This document shows positions 1-8,544 of a stretch of 64,000 nt of DNA, one piece after another. The notes beneath the pieces were generated by a model. That model saw only the letters and a list, made by a program, of their open reading frames with translations. It was not told the DNA's origin and searched no databases. This DNA comes from an uncultured bacterium (GTDB lineage Bacteria; Planctomycetota; UBA1135; UBA2386). Positions within the stretch are counted from its first letter, which is position 1. Each line of letters starts with the position of its first letter. The position numbers and the translations under genes were made by a program. The stretch covers positions 43,840-107,839 of the forward strand of contig CALFZH010000042.1 in the NCBI GenBank assembly GCA_937952215.1. Reading direction: 5' to 3'.

Positions 1-2568
1 GTTGGCGATGTTGGCGATGTCGAAGACGCGGAAGCCGTTCGGCCCGTCGGCGACGAACAAGTACTCGCCGCGAACCTGCGCCGTGCGCGCCGCGGTCGCC
101 GAGTGCGAGTGTGTCTCCGTGAGCTGCTCGCCGTTCGCCACGTGCGCGGCGTGCTCGCGTGGATAGGTCGTGCGGTGGAAGTCGCTGCCGATGACCGGCT
201 GCGGTTCCCAGCCGTCGGTCACGCGCACGGCCGTCACCGAGTCGGTCGTGGCAAGATGCACGAACGAGCCGACGAAGTCGGTCGCGTGCGTGCCGAGGTT
301 GAAGCGCGACGCCAGCGTGGCGTTGTTGTCGTCGGCCTTGGACACGTGGCAGCTGGTGCACTGCTGACCGTGCTCGGAGCTGACCGTGTGCGGCACGTAG
401 GGCGAGAACGCCGTGCCGCTGTGGCCGGAGGCGGCGATCGTCGCCTGCTGGTGCGTGACGATGGCGCGGTTCTCGTTCTCGGCGGTGGCGATCGGCGCCG
501 ACGCGGAACGCACCGGCGAGATCCTGTTGCCCTTGACGGTGCCGTTGATGCCGAGCATCAGGCTGTCGGAGCGCAGGCCCTGCGAGTAGTAGCCGACGTC
601 GACCGTGGTCGGTTCGGGGAAGAAGTGGGTGAACTCCTTGCGGCGGTTGGTCTTGCCGGCCAGGTGGCAGCCCGAGCAGCTGATCGCCCACGACGTGTGG
701 CACGTGTAGCAGGTCATGCGCTGGTCGCAGTGCGCGTACTGTTCGGGCGACAGGCTCGCATCGCCGTAGCGTTCGCCGCCCTTCTGCAGCGTCTTCGCGA
801 TCGCCGCCTTCTCGTTGTAGGTCTTCGAGTTCGGATCGATGACGTCGGCGACCTGCGGAACCTGCCACTCCTTGTCCGGATCGAGCTTGCTGCGCTGCAT
901 CAGCCGGTCGCCCGCCTGCGGCGAGCGGCCGACGACTTCGGCGCCGGCGGCGTCGACCCAGCGGAACTGGTTGCCGCGCGCGGCGCGCGCGAGCTGCAGG
1001 TTGTTGCCGCCCGACGGGTTCGAGGTGACCAGCTTGGCCCGTTCGCCGACCGTGCCGTGGCAGTCGGTGCAGTAGATCTCGACCGGGTTGATCATCTCGC
1101 CGTACAGCTTGCCGTCGCCATGCACGTCCTGCTGCGTGTGGCAGTCGATGCAGTGCATGCCGGCGCTGAAGTGGTGGTCGGCGAGGTGCACGGCCTTCTG
1201 TTCCCAGTCGGGGTCGTCGAACGGCACCACCTTGCCGTCGCGGCCGATCAGCTGGCCTTCGAGGTCGCGCTTGTAGACCTTGCGGAACGACCAGCCCGAG
1301 CGGTGCTGCGTCGAGAACTTCAGGTGCTTGCTGTCGGCGTTGGCGATGGTGTGCGCCTGGTCGAGTTCCCTGCCGGCGAGCGGCCGGCCATCGGCGTGGT
1401 ACATCGACTTGCCGTCGGTTTCGCCGTCCCACCACATCAGGCCGGCGTAGTTGTCGACGGCGCCGCTACCCTGGTGGTTGTGGCAGGTGATGCACTGGCT
1501 GTTCGGGATGCGCGTCGTGAACTGGTGGTGGATCGGATGCCCGGGTTCGTCGCGCGGGATCGTCGGGTCGGGGTTGTCCGCCGCGGTCTTGCCGAGGAAG
1601 CCGTGGGCGACGAACTGGCCGGCCATCAGCGGATCGGCGTCGTTGGCGTAGACGACGTGGCAGCCCGTGCAGCCGCTCGAACGGAACTCGCCGCTGTAGT
1701 CGTTGGTGCCGAGGAACCACAGATACGGGTCGTTGAGCCGCGTCTTGTGGAGCACGAAGTGCGCGAAGTCGACCCGATTGCGCGTGCCCAGGCCGCGTTG
1801 CCCGGGACGTCCGCGCTCGGCCGCCCGGAAGATGTTGCCCGGCTGGCTCATGTTGTAGCGCGGCACCGGCAGCAGCGACGGCAGCACGCCGCGCGCCTTC
1901 TCTTCGGCGGTCGGCGCCGGCTCGGCGGTGACCGACGCCGACTCGCCGTTCGGCATGTAGAACTCGCCGAGGACGTAGTTCTTGTACGGCAGCACGCCGT
2001 TGTTGTAGGTGCCCGAGCCAGGCACCATCGCACTGTGCGCCATGATGCTCGACATCACGCGCTGCGTGATGTCCTGGTGGCAGTTGGCGGTGCCGCACGT
2101 CATCTGCGCGACGCGCAGGTCACCGGGGTTGATGAAGCGCACGAACTCGAGCTTCTCCTTGTTGAGGAGTGCATAGCTGTTCTCGGGATTGCGGCTGCCC
2201 TGCCACTCGTCGGGGAACGCCGGCGCCACGTGCGCCGCCTTCATCACCGCCAGGTAGTCGGCCGGGAACGGCCGTGTCACTGCCCCGCCGTCCCAGCGCG
2301 CGGTCGGGTCGCCGCCGTGGCAGTCGGCGCAGCCGATCGCGGGAACGTTGCGCGGATGCATGTTCGCGCTGTGGATGCCGGTGTGGCAGGACTGGCAGCC
2401 CGCGCTGGCGATGGCCTGGCGATCGCCGGAGGTGCGCAGCAAGTCGCTCGGGGGCTCCCAGCTGCCGAGGCCGGTCGAGGTGTCGCGCGCCGCCCATGTG
2501 GCGCAGCCGACGGTCGCCGCGAACACGGCGAGCAGAAGCAGGGGAATGCGCTGGCGAGAGAGGATCAT
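1..2568 (-). CDS. Multiheme c-type cytochrome, probable lipoprotein (10 heme-binding motifs visible); 3'-partial, runs off the window as an LVIVD-like beta-propeller repeat begins
   Basis: Absent from the ORF track because it is open-ended. Hand translation of the minus strand from ATG 2568-2566 (GAGG 7 nt upstream) gives MILSRQRIPLLLLAVFAATVGCATW..., a signal peptide with a Cys. Motifs seen: CQSCH, CADCH, CGTANCH (CX4CH), CTGCH, CITCH, CIDCH, CTDCH, CYTCH, CSGCH, CTSCH. The frame is open to position 1 and ends ...RGEYLFVADGPNGFRVFDIANIAN. Confidence 0.85.
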   Translation of the reverse strand, partial: MILSRQRIPLLLLAVFAATVGCATWAARDTSTGLGSWEPPSDLLRTSGDRQAIASAGCQSCHTGIHSANMHPRNVPAIGCADCHGGDPTARWDGGAVTRPFPADYLAVMKAAHVAPAFPDEWQGSRNPENSYALLNKEKLEFVRFINPGDLRVAQMTCGTANCHQDITQRVMSSIMAHSAMVPGSGTYNNGVLPYKNYVLGEFYMPNGESASVTAEPAPTAEEKARGVLPSLLPVPRYNMSQPGNIFRAAERGRPGQRGLGTRNRVDFAHFVLHKTRLNDPYLWFLGTNDYSGEFRSSGCTGCHVVYANDADPLMAGQFVAHGFLGKTAADNPDPTIPRDEPGHPIHHQFTTRIPNSQCITCHNHQGSGAVDNYAGLMWWDGETDGKSMYHADGRPLAGRELDQAHTIANADSKHLKFSTQHRSGWSFRKVYKRDLEGQLIGRDGKVVPFDDPDWEQKAVHLADHHFSAGMHCIDCHTQQDVHGDGKLYGEMINPVEIYCTDCHGTVGERAKLVTSNPSGGNNLQLARAARGNQFRWVDAAGAEVVGRSPQAGDRLMQRSKLDPDKEWQVPQVADVIDPNSKTYNEKAAIAKTLQKGGERYGDASLSPEQYAHCDQRMTCYTCHTSWAISCSGCHLAGKTNRRKEFTHFFPEPTTVDVGYYSQGLRSDSLMLGINGTVKGNRISPVRSASAPIATAENENRAIVTHQQATIAASGHSGTAFSPYVPHTVSSEHGQQCTSCHVSKADDNNATLASRFNLGTHATDFVGSFVHLATTDSVTAVRVTDGWEPQPVIGSDFHRTTYPREHAAHVANGEQLTETHSHSATAARTAQVRGEYLFVADGPNGFRVFDIANIAN

Positions 2569-2576
2569 GGCGCGCC

Positions 2577-4229
2577 TCAGAGAACGATGGTGGCGTTGAC
2601 GAAGAACCCGACGAGCAGGTCGTCGCTGACCAGCTGGTCGAGGCCGCCGGTCGGGACCAGGGCCTGCAGCACCGGCGTGATGACGACGTTGTCGACGCCG
2701 AAGGGTCGGTAGCGCGCACCGACGCTGAGGTCGATGCCGATGCCGCGTGACAGCGACTGCCCGAACGTCGCCTCGAGCACGGCCGTGTCCGCGAACTGCA
2801 GGTAGCTCGCGTTGCCGACCACGCTCCAGTAGTTCGACAGCTCGGCTTCGACACCTGCGTGCAGGATGGCGAGACCGGGATTGACCGAGTTGGGGCCGGC
2901 GGCGGCCTTGCCGCGCAGGTTCGGATAGAAGCTGTTGGCGTTCGAAATCAGCGTGCCATCGACGGCGATCGCCTGGCGGTGGAAGAAGCCGAGCTGGCCG
3001 CCAGCGAACTGCGGGTTGTCGAACACACTGTCGAAGCCGTTGCCGTCACCGTCGGTCGGATCGTCGTCGCCCGATGCGTACAGCGCGCTGAACACGTAGC
3101 GGCGCCAGCTGTCGGGGATGCCGACTTCGACGGCGGCGAGGTGCGCCGAGGTCGACACCGAGCGGCCGGCGAATGCGTTCTGCTCGTCGTCGCCGAACAT
3201 CAAGTAGAGAGCGTGCGCGAAGTCGACCTTGCCGAGGCGGCCGTCGCCGAGGAAGCCGAGATAGTAGGCGTCGATCGTCGCGCCCTGCGTGTCGTGCACC
3301 CACTGCGTGGTGAGTTGCACCTCGTAGCCCATGCTCAGCATGTCTTCGAGGAACACGTTGGCGGCGAAGAAGGTCTGGTCACGCGACTCGGTGCCGCGCG
3401 AGAGGTTGCTCTCGGGGTCCTTCTCGACGAGGTCGAAGAAGGCGAGTTGGTAGTCGATGCGGGACTCGCACAACGAGCCGAACAACTGCGCGCCGTCGTT
3501 CTGGTCGACGAAGATGAAGTTGCGGAAGTCGCTGGCGAACGCCTGGCGGCCGACGCGCAGCGAGGCGAAGTCGAAGTAGGGATCCAGTTCCCACAGCAGG
3601 GCCTCGGCGAACAGCTCCTGCATGGCGAAGTCGGTCTGCGTGACGCCGCCGCCGATGTCGTCGGCATCGCGCGTGTCGAAGGCGCCGGTCGCGCGCACGC
3701 GCCACGTCGGCGGGCGGAACACCGTGTCGCCGTGGAACAGCTCGAACGACAGGAAGTTGGTCGTGCGCTTCTCCAACGCGTCGGGTGCGTTCGCCTTCTC
3801 GCGCGACTCGAAGGTGTTGGTGCTGACGACGTCGGTGACGAAGAACAGGTGCTCGCCGGAGATCGGCCGGTCACCCTTCAGCGGGTTGACGTTGTAGACG
3901 TCGAGCAGGCCACCGCCGCGCAGGAGCGGGTACTCGCCCGTGCCGTCGGAGAAGAGCAGCGGATTCCATCCCCGCCGCCGGCCGTAGCGATCGAACGGCT
4001 CGAGATCGAGGTAGCGGCTCTGCACCGGCTGGTAGCGAACCCGCGGCGTCGCCCCGGGTTGCTGCGCGTCAGGTTGCGTGATCGTCTTCGGGGGCGTCGT
4101 CGGCGGCGGCACCCGCCGCGGACCTTCGACGGGGTCCTGCGCCGCGGCAGCGACAGTCAGCGCGGCGGCCGCGAGCAATTGCGGCACCCGAGCGAAGAAG
4201 AAGGCGTGCTGCCGACAGCGCGGCGACAC
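2577..4229 (-). CDS. Putative outer-membrane beta-barrel (porin-like) protein
   Basis: This is the 3' part of track ORF 2577..5105. Start reassigned to an in-frame GTG at 4229, giving MSPRCRQHAFFFARVPQLLAAAALTVAAAAQDP (signal peptide). The remainder has alternating amphipathic strands and is rich in aromatics, Gly, Asp and Asn (YEVQLTTQWVHD, AYYLGFLGDGRLG, SVGARYRPF). The upstream 290 codons of the track ORF are Arg/Pro/Ala junk. The stop lies 8 nt before the cytochrome start. Confidence 0.7.
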   Translation of the reverse strand: MSPRCRQHAFFFARVPQLLAAAALTVAAAAQDPVEGPRRVPPPTTPPKTITQPDAQQPGATPRVRYQPVQSRYLDLEPFDRYGRRRGWNPLLFSDGTGEYPLLRGGGLLDVYNVNPLKGDRPISGEHLFFVTDVVSTNTFESREKANAPDALEKRTTNFLSFELFHGDTVFRPPTWRVRATGAFDTRDADDIGGGVTQTDFAMQELFAEALLWELDPYFDFASLRVGRQAFASDFRNFIFVDQNDGAQLFGSLCESRIDYQLAFFDLVEKDPESNLSRGTESRDQTFFAANVFLEDMLSMGYEVQLTTQWVHDTQGATIDAYYLGFLGDGRLGKVDFAHALYLMFGDDEQNAFAGRSVSTSAHLAAVEVGIPDSWRRYVFSALYASGDDDPTDGDGNGFDSVFDNPQFAGGQLGFFHRQAIAVDGTLISNANSFYPNLRGKAAAGPNSVNPGLAILHAGVEAELSNYWSVVGNASYLQFADTAVLEATFGQSLSRGIGIDLSVGARYRPFGVDNVVITPVLQALVPTGGLDQLVSDDLLVGFFVNATIVL

Positions 4230-4396
4230 GAATCCGCGGTGTGGCGCGGGCGAGAGGTGGGCGAGCAAGAACAACCTCCGGGCACGAGAGCTGAGCGACG
4301 CGGCATGGTGCAGACGTGCTTGTCGCGGCGCAATGGGGGGGGCCGTAGTATCGTGACATCGCGCGGCGCCTCGCTCGCCGATCGCGAGCGCTGCCC

Positions 4397-6358
4397 ATGT
4401 TCGTTCGCCTGATCCTGATGTTGGCCTGTTGCGCGACAGGAGTCCTGTCGTGGCCAGCGGCAGCGCCGGGAGATCTCCTTGCGACCGGCGCGGAGTGGCC
4501 GCAGGAGCCGCGATCGGGGGGGGGTCTCGTGTTTCGGCACGGCTCGCATCTGGCGCCGGATTGGCAACAGACCCCGGCGGATCGCCAGTGGGAAACGCAC
4601 TGCAGCGTCTGCCACGAACGCGACGAGAATCGCGCGTCCGGCTTCGTCGACGCGGCGACGAAATGCGCGCAGTGTCACCACAACGATCCGGACAAGCGTG
4701 GCGGCGATCGTCGCCGCTTGGAGTTCGAAGGCGGTCGGCGACCGGGCGCGTTGGCGTTCGATCATGCGTCGCCGACCCACCGGCAGCGCGATTGCATCGA
4801 GTGCCACACGCCGAACGTCGGCCCGCGCGGTGACTTTCCGTATCCCGACGTGCTGTTCTCGCTGCCTGCCGACCTGCGCGCGTGCCAGTCGTGCCATCAG
4901 CATGGCGCGAAGGACCCTGCCGCCGGCAAGCAGACCCAGTTCGATCGGGCGGCCGGAGTCGGGGGCGCGCCGGCGGCGTGGGCGGCGGCGACGACGTGCG
5001 CGCATTGCCACGTCGCCGGGGCGCCGGTCGCGCGCGCTGCACATCAGCGGGCGACGCTGCGCCCGTTCCAGCACGCGTCGCACCTGCCCGCCGATCCGGC
5101 GGCACAGGCTGCCGCGTGCGCGACCTGCCATCAGGTGAATGCAGAGGGTCGCCTCGGCCTCGCCGATCGTGACCAGAAGGTGTGTGCGAAGTGCCACGCT
5201 GCTGCGGACGCCGCGACCACGACCGGCCTCGCCGCCGACCTGCAGGTCGAGCGCATGCCGAGCACGTTCACGCACAGCACCAAGGGGCACCAGCAGGCGT
5301 GCGACGTCTGCCACCCGCGGGGCCAACAGGGCGCCGAACCGATGGTGCAGCGGCTCTACAAGGACTGCACGACGAGCTGTCACTCGGACTGGCGCATTCC
5401 TCGCCACGGATCGTTCGGCTGTGACCAGTGCCACGCCACGACGCCGACGCTCGGACAGAAGGACGCCGGCGACATCGCGATCACGACCGTCGAACGCACC
5501 TTCGGGGCCGCGCGATTCCAGTTTCAGAGTCCGCAACACGTCGGCATCACGGCGGGCGCGGGCGGCACGCACCCGAACATGGCCGGGCGCGAGTGCCGCG
5601 AGTGCCATCGCAGCACGCCGGCCGCGCTGCAGCAGCGCACCGAGCCGCGCGCGTTCGACCATGCGTCCCATCTGCCGAAGGGACTTGCCGGCGTCACCAA
5701 GTCGGAGTGCACCGCCTGCCACGTGCACGTCGTCGAGACATCGTCGCCCGAGCTGCTTGCCCCGTTCCGCAGCGATTCCCTGCGCGAGCGGCGCACGTGC
5801 ACGTCGGAGTGCCATCGATGCGAAGCGATCGGCATCGAGGAGGTGCGCCGGGCCCTCCCGGTGCCGAAGTTCGACCACAAGCGGCACGAGCAGCACGAGT
5901 GCGTCGTCTGCCACGTGCGCGACGGGAAGATCACCTCCGGCCGCGACGCTCTGCTGCAAGGCGGTCTCGGCCTCGCGTGCAGTCAGTGCCACGGTCATCG
6001 TGACCCGGAGAAGGCCCGGATCACCGGCGGCTACGACGCGACGCCGCAGAGCCCTGCCTGCTCCAACTGCCACCTGCCGCGGGAAGCGCCGCAGTTCGGG
6101 CGCGCGGCAGAGCGTCAGCAGCGCGACGTGTTGCTCGCCGGCGCACTGCAGTTCCACGCCAAGGGCGGTGATTGTCGCTACTGCCACGAACTGAACGCAC
6201 CCGATCGGCGCAGTGGCACCCCGCTGCGGATCGTCGCCCATCGCACGCTGCACGAGGCGCACGTGGTGCCCGGGGCGGACGGCCGGCCAGGCAATCTGCC
6301 AACGGTTTCGGTGGCGCCGACGTGCCGTTCGTGCCACGCGTGGGAACCGCGTCGCTGA
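4397..6358 (+). CDS. Multiheme c-type cytochrome (18 heme-binding motifs)
   Basis: Track ORF of 653 aa. N-terminal signal MFVRLILMLACCATGVLSWPAAAP. There are 16 CXXCH motifs (CSVCH, CAQCH, CIECH, CQSCH, CAHCH, CATCH, CAKCH, CDVCH, CDQCH, CRECH, CTACH, CVVCH, CSQCH, CSNCH, CRYCH, CRSCH) plus 2 CX3CH motifs (CTTSCH, CTSECH). Confidence 0.9.
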   Translation: MFVRLILMLACCATGVLSWPAAAPGDLLATGAEWPQEPRSGGGLVFRHGSHLAPDWQQTPADRQWETHCSVCHERDENRASGFVDAATKCAQCHHNDPDKRGGDRRRLEFEGGRRPGALAFDHASPTHRQRDCIECHTPNVGPRGDFPYPDVLFSLPADLRACQSCHQHGAKDPAAGKQTQFDRAAGVGGAPAAWAAATTCAHCHVAGAPVARAAHQRATLRPFQHASHLPADPAAQAAACATCHQVNAEGRLGLADRDQKVCAKCHAAADAATTTGLAADLQVERMPSTFTHSTKGHQQACDVCHPRGQQGAEPMVQRLYKDCTTSCHSDWRIPRHGSFGCDQCHATTPTLGQKDAGDIAITTVERTFGAARFQFQSPQHVGITAGAGGTHPNMAGRECRECHRSTPAALQQRTEPRAFDHASHLPKGLAGVTKSECTACHVHVVETSSPELLAPFRSDSLRERRTCTSECHRCEAIGIEEVRRALPVPKFDHKRHEQHECVVCHVRDGKITSGRDALLQGGLGLACSQCHGHRDPEKARITGGYDATPQSPACSNCHLPREAPQFGRAAERQQRDVLLAGALQFHAKGGDCRYCHELNAPDRRSGTPLRIVAHRTLHEAHVVPGADGRPGNLPTVSVAPTCRSCHAWEPRR

Positions 6359-6445
6359 GATCCGACGACGGGACGCGGGACGTGCTGCTGCGGGAGGACC
6401 GTGCGCGTTGGTTGCGCGGGTCGGGCGCGGGCCAAGTTCGCGGCG

Positions 6446-7027
6446 CTACGGGCGCGGTGCTTGGGCCTCGCGATGACCGTCGGTGGCGCTCAGCGACGGC
6501 TCCGGCGTGTATTCCCCGGCGCGGAACTTCGCGACCGTCTCGCGAACGGAGTCGCGGTGCTTCTGCTCGTACGGTCCGCACTCCTCGCTCCGCGGCGCGC
6601 GATACTCGGTCTTGGCGAGGCTGGCCTGCAGTTCCGCGAGCACGTCGACGTCCTCCTTGCGCACCGGCGTGAAGCCCACGGCGCTGGTCCAGGCGCCGAC
6701 CCGCGGTGTGACCCAGACGTAGTAGGTGTTGCCGGCCGTCAGCACGGCGGCGAAACCCTTGTAGCTCTGCGCCTTGGCGACGAAGAAGTGCTCCCCTGGC
6801 GCGCATCGATACTCGATCGTGCTGCCGTGTTCGGCGAAGCCCACCAGCTTGTCGCCGTCCCAGATCGGGTACTCGAGGCCGCCGGCGATGAAGCGGGATG
6901 GTCGACAGAACACGACCTTCGCCTCCTCGGGTCCGGGTGGTCCCATCGGCGGCACGGTCTGCATGTAGCTCGTGCACGAGCACATGAAGGGAAGCAGCCA
7001 CATCGCGCCGAGCTTCGGGATCCTCAT
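6446..7027 (-). CDS. Small lipoprotein, function unknown (DUF2846-like by memory)
   Basis: 3' part of track ORF 6446..7456. The internal ATG at 7027 gives MRIPKLGAMWLLPFMCSCTSYMQ, a signal with lipobox-like Cys. The upstream part of the track ORF is low-complexity junk. Confidence 0.7.
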   Translation of the reverse strand: MRIPKLGAMWLLPFMCSCTSYMQTVPPMGPPGPEEAKVVFCRPSRFIAGGLEYPIWDGDKLVGFAEHGSTIEYRCAPGEHFFVAKAQSYKGFAAVLTAGNTYYVWVTPRVGAWTSAVGFTPVRKEDVDVLAELQASLAKTEYRAPRSEECGPYEQKHRDSVRETVAKFRAGEYTPEPSLSATDGHREAQAPRP

Positions 7028-7103
7028 GGCGCCATGGTGCCCTGGCCCGGCGTCGCTGTCACCCGATGAGGAGTCGCGCGCCGGAGCGCGGAGCACGTGG
7101 GAA

Positions 7104-7277
7104 GTGCTTTGCATTCTCGAACTACGCTTCGTGCGCGGCGAACCGACTGCGCCGCGCCTGCTGGTGCACCACCCCGATGTCATCCACCTCGGTGCCGCGA
7201 CGCGCACGCAGGGCACGGCCCGCGAACTCGCGATCGTCGATCCGTGGGGCAACGCGTTGACACTGAGCAGCGAGTGA
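7104..7277 (+). pseudogene. Possible C-terminal remnant of a VOC/glyoxalase-family protein
   Basis: The tail of track ORF 6972..7277 reads ...HLGAATRTQGTARELAIVDPWGNALTLSSE, which resembles the last beta-strands of glyoxalase/bleomycin-resistance folds (DPxGNxhxL). Only about 57 codons are present, less than one full domain. Confidence 0.25.
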
Positions 7278-7476
7278 CGACGCATGCAGGGATCGCGCAC
7301 GGTGCCGGGCCAGCGGCCGTTTCCTGAGGATCGCGCGGGCGAAGAAGAACATCGCCTCGCTCGGCGCTCACCACCCGCCGACGAAGACGATCTGATTCCT
7401 GCCCTGGCCTGACTGCCCACCGCTACCTGCCAAGAACGAGTTTGCCGTCGCTCCACCGGGAGCGTTCACTTCTGCC

Positions 7477-8124
7477 ATGAGCGACGCGAAGAAGACCACG
7501 CTCCAGCTGATTCTCTGGCCTTCGATCCTGACGCTGCTCGTCAACGTCGGGCGCGTGGTTGGCCAGAAGCAGGGCTGGATCACCACCGCGTCGGGTGGCG
7601 GGTTCGCCTGGTTCGGCATCACCTGGCTTGGCTTCCTGTTCGGCGCCTGGTTCGCCTACCGGCTGCGGCGCTCGGGTTCCACGCCGCGGCGGGCCTTCTG
7701 GTGGCCCTTGCTGTCGCTCCTGGCGGTCCTTGGCGTCGCCGTGTGGCAGTTCAGTGGCATCGATCGCGCGGACACCAGCGAGGCCGCGATGGAGCCGCTG
7801 CGGAACGCCGTGCTGTCCGTTACCGCAATCGCGTTGGCGATGGCGCTCGTGCAGTTCGCGGTCTGGCCACGATTGGCATGGACCCTGCTCGCCTATGCCG
7901 TGCCCGCCCGCCTGACGGTGCTCGCGTTGACGTGGCTGGCGAAGAGCCAGGGCTGGGACAGCCACTACACGAAGTTCGGGCCCGCCGGCATCGAGCGCGA
8001 AATGGCCGAGACGATGCAGAGCGCAGCCGTTGCCCAACTCGGCTTCTGGGTGCCGTTGACGATCATCGTCGGCACCTTGGTCGGCTGCTTGCTCGCGGGT
8101 CGTCCGGCAAAGAAACCGAGCTGA
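7477..8124 (+). CDS. Integral membrane protein, function unknown
   Basis: Track ORF of 215 aa with several hydrophobic helices (LILWPSILTLLVNV, FAWFGITWLGFLFGAWFAY, WWPLLSLLAVLGVAVW, VLSVTAIALAMALVQFAVW, LGFWVPLTIIVGTLVGCLL). High GC3. Confidence 0.8.
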   Translation: MSDAKKTTLQLILWPSILTLLVNVGRVVGQKQGWITTASGGGFAWFGITWLGFLFGAWFAYRLRRSGSTPRRAFWWPLLSLLAVLGVAVWQFSGIDRADTSEAAMEPLRNAVLSVTAIALAMALVQFAVWPRLAWTLLAYAVPARLTVLALTWLAKSQGWDSHYTKFGPAGIEREMAETMQSAAVAQLGFWVPLTIIVGTLVGCLLAGRPAKKPS

Positions 8125-8544
8125 GTCAGCGTGGCCGGAGCCACAACCCGCGCATGCGCCGCCCGGTCGCCGCATGTCTCTGCGCCCTGGCCAGACGCGG
8201 GGCGTGCTTGGGCGGGAGGATCGTGGGGTGGGTTCTCGGTTGGTCCGTGACCGCAAGCTCCTCTTGCCTACTCCCGAACGTGTGCAGGCAGGCCGTGCAG
8301 CGGGACCGCTGTACGGGCTTCGTTTGCAACTCGGCTGCGAGTAGCCGAAGCGGATGCAGGCGCGGGCTTGGCTGCAGGTGGTTCGAGCAGACCTGTCCGC
8401 TGGGCGCGAACGTGGTGGGGATGGGCCCCCAACGGGCTGGCCCGACCGGCTGGACGGGGGGGGGCGCAGGAGGGACGATGACGAGGTGGGTTCCGGGTCG
8501 TCCGGGACCCCAGCTCCCTCTTCCCACTCCCGCAGAGGAGCACC

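Noticed and set aside
103-2712. 869-aa plus-strand ORF covering the left end of the window
   Set aside because: Its composition is dominated by Arg/Ala/Val/Gly and it has no motifs. It lies antisense to a minus-strand frame that encodes a clean multiheme cytochrome. This is a typical shadow ORF of a high-GC genome.
2577-5105. Full 842-aa extent of the beta-barrel ORF (also the full extents of 6446..7456, 16932..17810, 33547..34905, 47686..49575, 49403..52651)
   Set aside because: The N-terminal extensions are low-complexity Arg/Pro/Ala sequence that overlaps neighbouring genes or promoters. Internal starts that expose signal peptides or conserved N-termini are far more plausible.
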